Positions 18,489 through 28,292 of a DNA stretch of 64,000 nt are shown piece after piece. The notes under the pieces are model-generated. The model saw nothing but the letters and a program-made list of their open reading frames with translations, searched no databases and was not told the origin of the DNA. The position numbers and the translations under genes were made by a program. Position 1 is the first letter of the stretch. Each line of letters opens with the position of its first letter. The DNA is from an uncultured Clostridia bacterium (GTDB lineage: Bacteria > Bacillota > Clostridia > Oscillospirales > Oscillospiraceae). The DNA lies in the NCBI GenBank assembly GCA_945940335.1, contig CAMEWH010000003.1:8847-72846 (forward strand). Reading direction: 5' to 3'.

Positions 18489-19504
18489 AAATAGCCCTGT
18501 TTGCCTACAGCCGCCAAGGCTGCAGAACCGCCCGCCGCATTTTGGAGCATTTCAGGGACGAGGAGATCCGGGCTTTCACCATGGAACGGTTTGAGGAGGC
18601 GGGATTCGAGCCCATCCGGCGGCCGTCGCCGCCTTTCTATGGTCCTCTGTTTGACTGGGCGGACGCCATGGTTTTTGTGGGCTCCTGCGGCATTGCCGTG
18701 CGGGAAATCGCGCCCCATGTGAAAAGCAAGCTGACGGACCCTGCGGTCATCGCCGTGGACGAGCTGGCCAGATTCTCCATTTCCCTGCTCTCCGGGCACA
18801 TTGGAGGCGGTAACGAGCTGGCTCTGGAATTGGCGGATTTTCTGGGGGCGACCCCGGTGATCACCACCGCCACGGACATCAATCGGAAGTTTTCCGTGGA
18901 TACCTGGGCGGCCAGGCAGGGGCTTACCATCACCAATCTGCAAACTGCCAAGCATGTTTCCGCCCGGATTCTGGAAGCAACCGTGCCGATTTGTTCCGAC
19001 TATCCCATTGTGACCTCTTTGCCCAGCGGTACAGCGGAAGGCGCATCCGGGGACATCGGGATCTGCATTTCCCACAGAAAACAGGAACCCTTTTCGGAAA
19101 CCCTGCTGCTGGTGCCCCCGGTATTGCATCTTGGCATCGGCTGCCGGAGGGGCGCATCCTCCGAAGCGATTGAGGCAGCGGTGACCCGGGTCTGCCGGGA
19201 CCATGGCATCCACCCCAAAGCCATCAAGCAGGCAGCCTCCATCGATCTGAAAGCCGGTGAATCCGGTCTATTGGCATTTTGTGAACAGCGAAGCTTGCCT
19301 GTTTCCTTTTATTCCGCCCAGGAGCTGCGGGCGGTTCCCGGGGAATTTACCCCGTCGGAGCGGGTTCTGCAGGTAACGGGCGTGGACAATGTATGTGAAC
19401 GGGCGGCGATGATGGGTGCGGAAAAGCTGCTCGTAAGAAAAACCGCAATGGACGGTGTCACCGTTGCCATTGCCCAGGAGCATTGGGAGGTACGTTTTGA
19501 GTAA
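18485..19504 (+). CDS. cbiG: Cobalt-precorrin-5A hydrolase
   Basis: GIAVR.IAP, K..DPAV, LLSGHIGGGN, VITTATD, GIGCRRG, VCERAA. Confidence 0.93.
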   Translation: MKIALFAYSRQGCRTARRILEHFRDEEIRAFTMERFEEAGFEPIRRPSPPFYGPLFDWADAMVFVGSCGIAVREIAPHVKSKLTDPAVIAVDELARFSISLLSGHIGGGNELALELADFLGATPVITTATDINRKFSVDTWAARQGLTITNLQTAKHVSARILEATVPICSDYPIVTSLPSGTAEGASGDIGICISHRKQEPFSETLLLVPPVLHLGIGCRRGASSEAIEAAVTRVCRDHGIHPKAIKQAASIDLKAGESGLLAFCEQRSLPVSFYSAQELRAVPGEFTPSERVLQVTGVDNVCERAAMMGAEKLLVRKTAMDGVTVAIAQEHWEVRFE

Positions 19505-20228
19505 ACTGACAGTTGTGGGCATCGGCCCCGGTAATTATGAGAATATGACCATTGGGGCCGACCAGGCCCTGAAGCGCTGTGATGTTATCATTGGCTACCA
19601 TGTGTATGTGGATCTGGTGAAAGAGCGGTATCCGGGCAAGGAATTTCTGACCACTCCCATGACCCAGGAGGCCAGGCGCTGCCAGATGGCGCTGGACCTG
19701 ACCCGTGAAGGAAAGGATGTGGCCATGGTCTGCTCCGGTGACAGCGGCATTTATGGCATGGCGGCGCTGATTTATGAGCTGCGGGGGGAGTGTACCGATC
19801 CGGAAGTCCGGGTCGTTCCCGGTCTGACTGCAGCCTGCAGCGGCGCAGCGCTTCTGGGCGCCCCTCTGACCCACGACTTCGCGGTAATCAGCCTCAGTGA
19901 CCGGCTGACCCCCTGGGAGAAGATTGAAAAGCGGCTGGAAAGCGCCGCCCTGGCGGACCTGTCCATTGTAATCTACAATCCTGCGAGCCACGGCCGGCCG
20001 GAGCACATCTGCCGCGCCTGTGACATTCTTCTTCGCCATCTTCCTGCTGACCGGCTCTGCGGCATTGCCAGCCAGATCGGTCGCGAGGGTGAAAGCGGCC
20101 GGGTGCTGACGCTGGAGGAGCTGCGCACCGCTCCCGTGGATATGTTCTGCACCGTGTTCATTGGCAACAGTATGACCAAATCCATTGGCGAGAAACTCGT
20201 AACACCGAGAGGATATCGGAATGTATAA
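19497..20228 (+). CDS. cbiH: Cobalt-precorrin-3 C17-methyltransferase
   Basis: VVGIGPG, SGDSGIYGMA, GAPLTHDF..ISLSD.LTPW, TPRGY. Confidence 0.93.
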   Translation: MSKLTVVGIGPGNYENMTIGADQALKRCDVIIGYHVYVDLVKERYPGKEFLTTPMTQEARRCQMALDLTREGKDVAMVCSGDSGIYGMAALIYELRGECTDPEVRVVPGLTAACSGAALLGAPLTHDFAVISLSDRLTPWEKIEKRLESAALADLSIVIYNPASHGRPEHICRACDILLRHLPADRLCGIASQIGREGESGRVLTLEELRTAPVDMFCTVFIGNSMTKSIGEKLVTPRGYRNV

Positions 20229-22197
20229 CATCTGCGTCTTTGCCGGAACCACGGAGGGGCGGGAGCTGATCGAGTTTCTGAGTGCCCAGAACGTTTCCGT
20301 TACGGCCTGCGTGGCAACGGAATATGGGGAAACCCTGCTCCCCTTGGCGGACAATCTGACCGTCTCCGCGAAAAGGCTCCCGGTGAACGAAATCATCACA
20401 ATGCTGCAAGAGAATGCGTTTGATCTGGTGATCGACGCCACCCACCCCTATGCCACATCCATTACCAAAAGCATTTCCAGCGCCTGCGCCCAAACGGGCA
20501 CGGAGTATCTGCGGCTGCTCAGGGGCGCTTCCCCGATCCCGGAGGATGCAGTGTATGTTTCGGATGTTTCTTCCGCTGTGGACTTTTTGAACACGACGGA
20601 TGGGAATATTCTGCTGACCACGGGAAGTAAAGAGCTGAGCGCTTTCTCCGGAATGGTTGGTTTTGGGGATCGGGTTTACGCCCGGGTGCTGCCCATGGAA
20701 AGCTCTCTGGAAAGCTGCCGCGGCGCGGGGCTGAAGCCTGCCCACATCATCGCCATGCAGGGGCCTTTTTCTCAGGAGATGAACGAGGCAATTCTTCGCT
20801 TTGCCTGCGCCAAATGGCTGGTCACAAAGGATGGAGGAGATGCGGGGGGCTTTGAAGCGAAAGTCGCCGCCGCCAGTCAAACCGGTGCCCGGATGGTGGT
20901 CATTGGCCGTCCGCCCCAGCGGGATGGAGTGGACTATTCCCAGGTGATTGAAACATTGTGTACGCGATTCGGCTGCAGCTGGACGCCCCATGTCAGCATT
21001 GTCAGCCTTGGCCCGGGAAGTCGGGGTGCGATGACCGGAGATGCACAGGAGGCCATTCGGAACGCCGACTGCCTGATCGGCGCCCAGCGGATGCTGGACG
21101 CCGTGGCAGCACCCGGGCAGGCCCAATACAGCGCCATTGCTCCCCAGGCGATTGCGGACTTTATCGCTGCCCACCGGGAACACCGGCGGTTTGCCGTGGT
21201 GATGTCCGGGGACGCGGGGTTTTTCAGCGGCACGAAGAAGCTGCTGCCGCTGCTGCGTGGCTGCAGGACAACGGTGCTTCCGGGCCTGAGCTCTCTCGCG
21301 GCCCTGTGTGCCAGACTGCAAACCTCCTATGAGGATGTGTTCGTTACCAGCCTCCACGGGAGGGATCACAACATTGTCCCGGATGTTCGCGCGCACCGCC
21401 GGGTGTTTGCTCTGGTGGGCGGCGAAAACGGAATCGGACAGTTGTGCGCGAATCTGACCCAGGCAGGTCTGGGAGAAGTAACCGTCCATGTGGGACAGCG
21501 GCTGAGCTACCCGGATGAGAAGGTGATCAGCGGCACCGCAGCAGAGCTGGCGGCAGGAACTTACGAAAGCCTGAGCGTGGCGCTGATCGAAAACGATGCA
21601 CCCGATGCCGTGGTAACCCATGGCCTGCCGGATACCGCTTTCCTCCGGGAAGAAACCGTTCCCATGACGAAAAGCGAGGTTCGCGCCGTTTGCCTGTCCA
21701 AGCTGCAATTGACACAAAACGCTGTCTGCTGGGACGTGGGCGCAGGAACCGGCTCCGTGGCCATTGAAATGGCCCTCCAGGCCAAACAGGGATGGGTGTA
21801 TGCCATCGAGAAGAAGCAGACCGCCCTGACATTGCTGGAAGAAAACAGGAAGACGCATTCTGCCGAAAACCTGACAGTGGTTCCCGGCCTTGCGCCGGAG
21901 GCCTGCGAGGCGCTCCCCTGCCCCACCCATGTATTCATTGGCGGCAGCAGCGGCAAGATGCGCCAGATTTTGAAGCTGATTCTTGAGAAGAATCCCCATG
22001 TCCGGATTGTTGCCACCGCAATATCCTTGGAATCCATTACAGAACTCACAGACTGCATGAAGGCGTTTCCGTTTACCGAAACGGAAGTGGTCAGTATGAG
22101 CGTCGCCAGGGATCGTAAAGCGGGAGCATATCACCTGATGACGGGACAGAATCCCATTTATATTTTCACCATGCAGTGCGCAGGTGAGAAGGAATGA
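20221..22197 (+). CDS. cbiJET: Fused precorrin-6A reductase / C5,C15-methyltransferase-decarboxylase (CbiJ-CbiE-CbiT)
   Basis: FAGTTEGR, IDATHPYA, AMQGPFS (CbiJ); SGD.GFFSG, SLHGR (CbiE); PMTK.EVR, WDVGAGTGSV (CbiT). Confidence 0.92.
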   Translation: MYNICVFAGTTEGRELIEFLSAQNVSVTACVATEYGETLLPLADNLTVSAKRLPVNEIITMLQENAFDLVIDATHPYATSITKSISSACAQTGTEYLRLLRGASPIPEDAVYVSDVSSAVDFLNTTDGNILLTTGSKELSAFSGMVGFGDRVYARVLPMESSLESCRGAGLKPAHIIAMQGPFSQEMNEAILRFACAKWLVTKDGGDAGGFEAKVAAASQTGARMVVIGRPPQRDGVDYSQVIETLCTRFGCSWTPHVSIVSLGPGSRGAMTGDAQEAIRNADCLIGAQRMLDAVAAPGQAQYSAIAPQAIADFIAAHREHRRFAVVMSGDAGFFSGTKKLLPLLRGCRTTVLPGLSSLAALCARLQTSYEDVFVTSLHGRDHNIVPDVRAHRRVFALVGGENGIGQLCANLTQAGLGEVTVHVGQRLSYPDEKVISGTAAELAAGTYESLSVALIENDAPDAVVTHGLPDTAFLREETVPMTKSEVRAVCLSKLQLTQNAVCWDVGAGTGSVAIEMALQAKQGWVYAIEKKQTALTLLEENRKTHSAENLTVVPGLAPEACEALPCPTHVFIGGSSGKMRQILKLILEKNPHVRIVATAISLESITELTDCMKAFPFTETEVVSMSVARDRKAGAYHLMTGQNPIYIFTMQCAGEKE

Positions 22198-22325
22198 AAT
22201 GTAGCTCACCGCGTTTCTGACATTCCTTCTGTGCGTCCTGGGAAAATGCTTTCTGTACTTCCCGTTTTCACTCAGCTGCTTAATAAATTGGAAATAGGCT
22301 ATCGGCTGTTAATAAGCACACTGAC

Positions 22326-22538
22326 AAATTGTAATTTGGCGGGCTGGGATTGACGCACCCCTTGGCTCCCCCTATGGGGGAGCTGGCTGCCCCATAGGGG
22401 CAGACTGAGAGGGCAACACATGGATTTTGGTTGCCATTGTCTTACTGCGGTACCCTCTCAGTCAGCCTGTTCGGCTGACAGCTCTCCCAAAGGGAGAGCC
22501 AAGGGGTGCAGCAGTATCTGCCCTCCAAATTATTATTT
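22326..22538 (+). repeat. About 215-bp palindromic repeat (family B, copy 1)
   Basis: AAATTGTAATTT-type ends; arms CTTGGCTCCCCCTATGGGGGAGCTG...GACTGAGAGGG and CCCTCTCAGTC...CAGCTCTCCCAAAGGGAGAGCCAAG. Confidence 0.88.
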
Positions 22539-22719
22539 CACGATCAGCTTACGAAAACAGATGTCCTTAAATTGAAATTAAGGCGGCACCCCATAATGAG
22601 AAAGCTCCCCACAGCCAGTTCTCCGATCAAGAGAGGACCGACTGTGGGGATTCATAATAAACGCGGGATTAGGCCATCGGCATAAAGCAGCAAAAGGGCG
22701 CAAAGGAAGCGTCAGCATG

Positions 22720-22862
22720 ACAGGGCACTCCCAAAAGAGCGCGCCGGGAGAGGGTACTTAGGGGGAGGGCGGCTTTGGCGTCGGGAGTGCGACACGCAGC
22801 GCCTCCCCCTAAGCCGACTTCTTTGGGTACTTTCTTGTTCGGCGACAAGAAAGTACCCCGCC
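22720..22862. repeat. Structured non-coding segment (probable REP-like repeat, single copy here)
   Basis: Nested inverted repeats CTTAGGGGGAGG/CCTCCCCCTAAG and GGGTACTTTCTTG/CAAGAAAGTACCC. Confidence 0.5.
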
Positions 22863-22980
22863 GGAGGCACCCGATTGTTTCTGCGTGGTTTTGCATAATA
22901 GAATCATGCTGCGTAAACCTGATAACCTGAACGCGGGATTATCCCGTCATACACCGCACTTGCTGCAGCCGGAAATTGTA

Positions 22981-23143
22981 GGCGACCTCTGAAAACTACT
23001 TTTTGCGCTTTTGGGCGAAAGATTTTGTTCTCACAAAAGTTTGGGAAATTCCGGAATACTTTGTGTATTGCAGGATTTTCAAAACGCATTGTGAGGGCAC
23101 AAGATCCGCCCAAAACCCAAAAGGGTAGTTTTTAGAGGTGCCC
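22981..23143 (+). mobile_element. About 163-bp palindromic miniature element (family A core, different termini)
   Basis: Termini GGCGACCTCTGAAAACTAC/GTAGTTTTTAGAGGTGCCC; core AGATT...GGAATACT.TG.GTATT...AAGATCCG shared with the copies at 2599 and 5879. Confidence 0.72.
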
Positions 23144-25129
23144 TTTAAATACAGCCTGCCAGGCTTCGCCCATACAGGCAAGGTGGAGCCCTTCATGTCC
23201 GGTGTTGCCCATCACATCACGAAGATCCAACAGAAGGGCTTTTCTCAAATACGCGAACCCCTTTTCGGTGATTCCGTTCTGGAGGGCAAACAGGGCGTGG
23301 CTGGCAAAGCTCAAGGTGGAATCGTGGAGGCAGATGGGCTCGAAGTCCTCCCAGGCCTCCTGTTTCTCTTTTTCTGTGAACAAGTGGGGCATCCGGGTCA
23401 TCAGCAAAAGGACATCGGCCTGCTTGATTACCTTATACCGCTGCAAGCGGTCAAACGAGACGCGGTGATAGCTGGCGCCCGCATCCGGCTTGATGGTACT
23501 GATGTCCACATCTTCCAGCAAGTGGAGCGTTTCATCCTGTGTAAGTCTGCCGGTTACGGGATCATGGGGCCACTTGATTGCCTTGCGCAGAGCAGTCATG
23601 CGGTCAATTTCCTCCCGGGTAATGTTCAGCTCTGCGTACCGTTCCGGCCGTTTCTTCTTCAAATCCTCTGCCGCCTGAATGGCCAGATCCAGATTGTGCT
23701 GAACCATCACATTGGTAAACAGATTGTTATTGGTGATGCCGCAGTATTCATCCGGTCCCTTGCAGAAGAGCAGATCCGCCTCGGCCGTTTCGGGCCGGTA
23801 GGTATAGCGGCTGAGCCAGAAACGGGCCGTTTCCACAAAAACCGCCGCAGCCCGATCCAGATAGAATGCCTCGTCACCGGATTTCTGACAATAGGAACCC
23901 AAGGCGAAGGCAACGTCCGCCGTGACATGCAGTTCACTGCATCCAATGTCCCAGGTTTCGCATTGCTCGCTGCCGTCCAGCGCGGCCATCCAGGGATAAC
24001 GGGCACCGGCGGTATTCATCCGCTCAGAATGCTTCTTCGCGGCGGGAAGGGAGCGGACACGGTAGTCACAGAGATTCCGGGCCGCTTCCAAATCATTTTC
24101 CAGGAAGAACGGGAGCATAAACATGTCGGTATCCCAGAAATAGCAGCCTTTGTATCTGCCGTGGCTCAGGCCCCTGGCACCGATGCTGACCGTGGGGTCT
24201 TTCCCGCTGCAGCTGCCCATCAGATGGAACATGGAAAAATGCAGCCCACACAGCAGTTCCTCATCAAAGGACGGAAGATCCAGGTCACAGGTTTCCCAGG
24301 CGGCATCCCAGGCAGCCCGATGCTCCCGCAAAAGGGTTTCAAAATCCCAGTCCTCGTTCCATCCGCCGATTCTGGGGTCCACATCCCGGGAAGTCAGGAT
24401 GCATGCAGCTTTCTGAATCGTATAGCCGTTTCCTTTCCGGGCACTGGTCTGATAGAAATTCACTGTATTTTCGCTGTGAGAAAAGGTAAAATCAGCGGTA
24501 CGAACGCAAACCTCTTCCTTGACGGAAAGACCGGTTCCCAGAATCTGAAAGGAACAGGCAATCCCTTGTTCGGAAGCAGAGGCGCTGACCAGCCGGGAAA
24601 GCTGTATGGTTTCCGTATTGGCCTTGGTCTGGTCATCGGGAATGGGGCTGTTGCAGCTGTCCGTCAGAATTCCGGTGGCCACGGTGATGGTCATATCCTC
24701 TTCCGGGATGACAGCCAGTTCCTGCATCAAAAGTGCCGGATGCTCCTTGGGAAGAAACCGCCGGGATTCTACCGACAGTTTTTTCTCTCCGGCCTGCACG
24801 CAAAAGCGCATGAGCAGACTGGCCTCCCGCAGATTCAGCATCCGCTCCACGTCGGATGCCAGCTCCGCTTCCACATTGTCGATATACAGTTTTTCGGATA
24901 CCGGCGTGGGCAGATTCACAAAATCCGTAATGCCCGGTTTGATCTCGCCGAACACACCGGCAGTATAGATGCCCTTCTGAATGGGACGGCTCTGGGGCTC
25001 CGAGGAGGGATAGCCCCGGACGCCCATCCGTCCGTTGCCCAGGAAAAAGATACTCTCGCAGAAATCATCCACCCATCCGGCACCTGTCTGCGTGATGGTC
25101 CAGGGTGTAAGCTTCAAATCAGTTCTCAT
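23132..25129 (-). CDS. GH65 family glycoside phosphorylase/hydrolase
   Basis: ESIFFLGNG.MG.RG, IGARGLS..RYKG..FWDTD, GPDEY, KQADV, HDS.LS. Confidence 0.9.
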   Translation of the reverse strand: MRTDLKLTPWTITQTGAGWVDDFCESIFFLGNGRMGVRGYPSSEPQSRPIQKGIYTAGVFGEIKPGITDFVNLPTPVSEKLYIDNVEAELASDVERMLNLREASLLMRFCVQAGEKKLSVESRRFLPKEHPALLMQELAVIPEEDMTITVATGILTDSCNSPIPDDQTKANTETIQLSRLVSASASEQGIACSFQILGTGLSVKEEVCVRTADFTFSHSENTVNFYQTSARKGNGYTIQKAACILTSRDVDPRIGGWNEDWDFETLLREHRAAWDAAWETCDLDLPSFDEELLCGLHFSMFHLMGSCSGKDPTVSIGARGLSHGRYKGCYFWDTDMFMLPFFLENDLEAARNLCDYRVRSLPAAKKHSERMNTAGARYPWMAALDGSEQCETWDIGCSELHVTADVAFALGSYCQKSGDEAFYLDRAAAVFVETARFWLSRYTYRPETAEADLLFCKGPDEYCGITNNNLFTNVMVQHNLDLAIQAAEDLKKKRPERYAELNITREEIDRMTALRKAIKWPHDPVTGRLTQDETLHLLEDVDISTIKPDAGASYHRVSFDRLQRYKVIKQADVLLLMTRMPHLFTEKEKQEAWEDFEPICLHDSTLSFASHALFALQNGITEKGFAYLRKALLLDLRDVMGNTGHEGLHLACMGEAWQAVFKGHL

Positions 25130-26912
25130 GACGTTTCTCCTCATAGGCGGTCTTCATGCTGTGGCAGAGGAAGCCCGCGCAGGTGGCAAAAGCGGCTCCG
25201 GTGGTGCAGGTTCCCTTCACCGGGTCCACGCTTTCGCAGGCGATGCCGTTGTCCATTTCCAGAATCTCCAATTCCCGGAAGGCCTGCTCCTCGTAACCGC
25301 ACAGCAGACTGTTGCACAGGCTGAGAATCCAGGGATAGGGCGCATGGGCGCAGCCAATTTCCGCAATGGGCGCATCCGCAAAACTATACTGATAGGCCGG
25401 GGAGCGAATCTTAGACACCGTATTCTGCCAGACCTCATCCGACGCATCACAGAATCCGTAGTAAGGGAAAAGCTGCAAGCTTCCGGGGGGCTCATCATAG
25501 ACATTGTGCTCCCCCTTCAGGTCAACCGACCAGGCGAAATAGGGCCTTCCCTGGGAATCGCGGAAGACACAGTGCTTGTAAATGGCCTCTGCGACCTTCT
25601 TCGCCTGGGGCAGCGCTGACGCATACCTGTCCGGATACAGCTTTGCCAGGGCACACAGGCTTCGCCATACAAGCATGTTGTTGTAGGTCAGATAGGGATA
25701 TACGATCTCATCATCCGTGGGCTGGAGGAAGGTTTCGTACAGTAGGATTTCGGGGTGCTTCATCGTGTCCAGTGTGTTCAGAATCTGACGAATCCCCTTT
25801 TGAACATCGGTGTCTTCCAGAATCGCCCTGTCCCCTGTTTTTCCCACATAGGCATCCAGCGCAATGATGGGCGACATCAATTCGTCCAGCTCAAATCCCG
25901 GCTCCAGAACCGTTCCGTCAATGTAGCGGGAATGAATCCCCAGATTCCTCCGCTGCCTTCCAAAGATATAGTGGAGGATTTCCTCCGCCAATTGCGAATC
26001 CGCGTCCAGGATTGCGGGGAAAGCCCAAAGCAGCACATCCCGGTCCCAATAGGCTGCGCTGACATAGTACCGGGTCCCCCGACTGGTGGCACAAACCAGT
26101 TCCTCGGTATCCATGGTAATGCCGGTGGAATAGAAGATGCAGAAAAAGAGATTTGTATTGTAGATTTCCGTCAGCTTCGGACTGGCCATCTTTTTTGTTC
26201 GCTTTTCCAGCCAGGCGGCGGTGCGGTGATATTCCCAATCCCAGCCCCGGCGAAGCATCTCCTTGGCGCTGGTTGCAGCGGCCACCTCCTCGTAGCCCAG
26301 ACCCCAGTAGAAAACCATTTCCTGTGTCTGGCCGGCATGGAGGGGATCGTTTCTGGAAAGGGCATAAGAGACTTCTTTCCCGGAGACGGTAAAGTCTGCA
26401 CTGACGCTTCTGTCGCACATGGGCGCGAAGGCAAACATGGGAACGCCGCAGCGGTAATCAAAGATGATGCTGTCGTTCCAGCCGCTTCGGTAGCAATGGA
26501 CTTCTCCGCCGAGCTCCTTATCCTCGTTGATGCAGTGCCAGCTGCTGCCCCAGCAGCCCCTCAGTCCCCAGCGAATTTCCCCTTCCTCTCCGCCGGTGAC
26601 GGACAGCTTTACCCCGAAGCCCCGCTCTCCCACAGGCGTTAGGATGGTCATGGAGAAATCGTGTTTTCCCAGCTTGGCCCGGAGGGTGGGAATCCAGAAA
26701 TGCTCCCTGCTCCAATTCAGGCAGGAAAGCCGCACCTGCTGGTTTTCAATAAAAAAGAGGGGCTCCATCAGTGGGACAGTATCCGTCCCCCGAATCTCGA
26801 TCAGCCCCTTGTGCTGCATGGACAGATAGGTAAAATCCTCAATTCCGGCAGTTTGCTGGTTGATTTTCGGGAGGGAAATCATTTCGTTTCCGGTTGGCAA
26901 GTAGCGATCCAT
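25119..26912 (-). CDS. GH125-like (six-hairpin) glycoside hydrolase
   Basis: YWDRD, FELDE, PTDD, YD.PPGSL, G.ACE and F....GF motifs of the (alpha/alpha)6 fold. Confidence 0.75.
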   Translation of the reverse strand: MDRYLPTGNEMISLPKINQQTAGIEDFTYLSMQHKGLIEIRGTDTVPLMEPLFFIENQQVRLSCLNWSREHFWIPTLRAKLGKHDFSMTILTPVGERGFGVKLSVTGGEEGEIRWGLRGCWGSSWHCINEDKELGGEVHCYRSGWNDSIIFDYRCGVPMFAFAPMCDRSVSADFTVSGKEVSYALSRNDPLHAGQTQEMVFYWGLGYEEVAAATSAKEMLRRGWDWEYHRTAAWLEKRTKKMASPKLTEIYNTNLFFCIFYSTGITMDTEELVCATSRGTRYYVSAAYWDRDVLLWAFPAILDADSQLAEEILHYIFGRQRRNLGIHSRYIDGTVLEPGFELDELMSPIIALDAYVGKTGDRAILEDTDVQKGIRQILNTLDTMKHPEILLYETFLQPTDDEIVYPYLTYNNMLVWRSLCALAKLYPDRYASALPQAKKVAEAIYKHCVFRDSQGRPYFAWSVDLKGEHNVYDEPPGSLQLFPYYGFCDASDEVWQNTVSKIRSPAYQYSFADAPIAEIGCAHAPYPWILSLCNSLLCGYEEQAFRELEILEMDNGIACESVDPVKGTCTTGAAFATCAGFLCHSMKTAYEEKRHEN

Positions 26913-26932
26913 AAATACACCTCGTAGCATTG

Positions 26933-27078
26933 TTTAATCGGTTAAATTCAATTGATGATTCAAGTATAACAAAAATTTCTGTCTTGTCAATAATATTTTA
27001 ATCAAATTGAAAAAAACTATTGACAAATTGAGCCTTCGATATTATCATAGATCCATAAAGATAATTTAAGCGGTTAAA
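26933..27078. promoter_or_regulatory. Divergent sigma-A promoters, each followed by a LacI-type operator TTTAAnCGGTTAAA
   Basis: Operators at 26933-26946 and 27065-27078; + promoter TTGACA(27020)-17-TATCAT; - promoter TTGACA(26990)-16-TATACT. Confidence 0.75.
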
Positions 27079-27100
27079 CTCTAATGAGAGAAGGATTACC

Positions 27101-28120
27101 ATGGCACGCCCCACATTGAAGGATGTCGCTCAACGAGCCGGCGTCACCACCGCAACTGTTTCCTACACGCTCAGCGGAAAGCGGCCCATCTCCGAGCAGA
27201 CAAAGCGCAGGGTGATGGAGGCCATTGCCGAGCTGGATTACGTCCCGAATCTGGACGCCCGTTCTCTGAGTATGCGGGACTCCAAACTGATTGGCGTCGT
27301 GGTTCCCCAGACCGAGCCCGGCGACCGGCTGATGTTTCAGAATGCTTTCTACAGCGAAATCCTGGGCAGCATCGAATACTACGCCCGGCTGGAGGGCTAC
27401 CACACCCTCATCTCCGCCACGGATGCAAACGAAAGCTACCTGACCCTGGCAAAAAAGCGGAATCTGGACGGCATCATCGTCATCGGAATGTACCCCGACG
27501 AATTCTATCAGCAGATGAAAAAGTCCCAGATTCCCATTGTGCTGATCGACAGCTACTGCAACGACCACTACTATCACAACATCCGCATCGACGATGCCTA
27601 CGGAAGCTACCTGGCTACCCGCCATATGCTGGAAAACGGCCACGAGCATATCGCCTTTTTTGTTGGTCAGCTGAAGGAAAACGGCGTCATGAAAAAGCGC
27701 CTGCTGGGGTATCAGCAGGCACTGCAGGAACAGGGGCTTCCCTTCCGGGAGGAATATATCTTTGAAGGCCAAATCGACTACAGCAGCGGCATTGAACTGG
27801 CAGACAAACTGATCGCCTCCGGATTGCCCGCCACCGGAGTGGTGGCCGCAGCGGACATTCTGGCCATCGGAGCGATAAAAGGGTTTTTTGAGGCAGGCAA
27901 ACGGATTCCGGAGGATTACTCCATCATCGGGTTCGATGATGTGGAGGTATCCCAGTACCTGACCCCAGGCCTGACCACCGTCCGCCAGCAGATTTCTTTG
28001 AAAGGGCAGAAAGCGGTAGAATTACTGCTGAAGCATATCGAAGACCCTTCTCTACCAAAGCAGGAGGAGATTCTCCCCCTTCAACTTGTGGTGCGGGGCT
28101 CCGTCAAAAAACTGCACTGA
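27101..28120 (+). CDS. LacI family transcriptional regulator
   Basis: TLKDVAQRAGVT.ATVS HTH; IIGFDD, LTTVRQ. Confidence 0.95.
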   Translation: MARPTLKDVAQRAGVTTATVSYTLSGKRPISEQTKRRVMEAIAELDYVPNLDARSLSMRDSKLIGVVVPQTEPGDRLMFQNAFYSEILGSIEYYARLEGYHTLISATDANESYLTLAKKRNLDGIIVIGMYPDEFYQQMKKSQIPIVLIDSYCNDHYYHNIRIDDAYGSYLATRHMLENGHEHIAFFVGQLKENGVMKKRLLGYQQALQEQGLPFREEYIFEGQIDYSSGIELADKLIASGLPATGVVAAADILAIGAIKGFFEAGKRIPEDYSIIGFDDVEVSQYLTPGLTTVRQQISLKGQKAVELLLKHIEDPSLPKQEEILPLQLVVRGSVKKLH

Positions 28121-28292
28121 TGCGGCCCAGGCCACGAAGAAGGAGGAGGTGTAAAAAAAGCGGCTTACATGCCCTCGCCAAAGTTCATGCAAACCGCAGG
28201 AAAAGAACAAGTGAGCCCATTCTTTTCGCTGAATCTATTGTAAGCGAAAAGAGCAAAAAAATCAATTCAGAAAATCGAGGAGGATATGAAAA

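Noticed and set aside
23138-25324. Very long antisense ORFs (also 20158-22209, 28185-29516, 31340-32908, 60507-62918)
   Set aside because: Shadow frames of well-supported genes, expected from high GC3 codon bias
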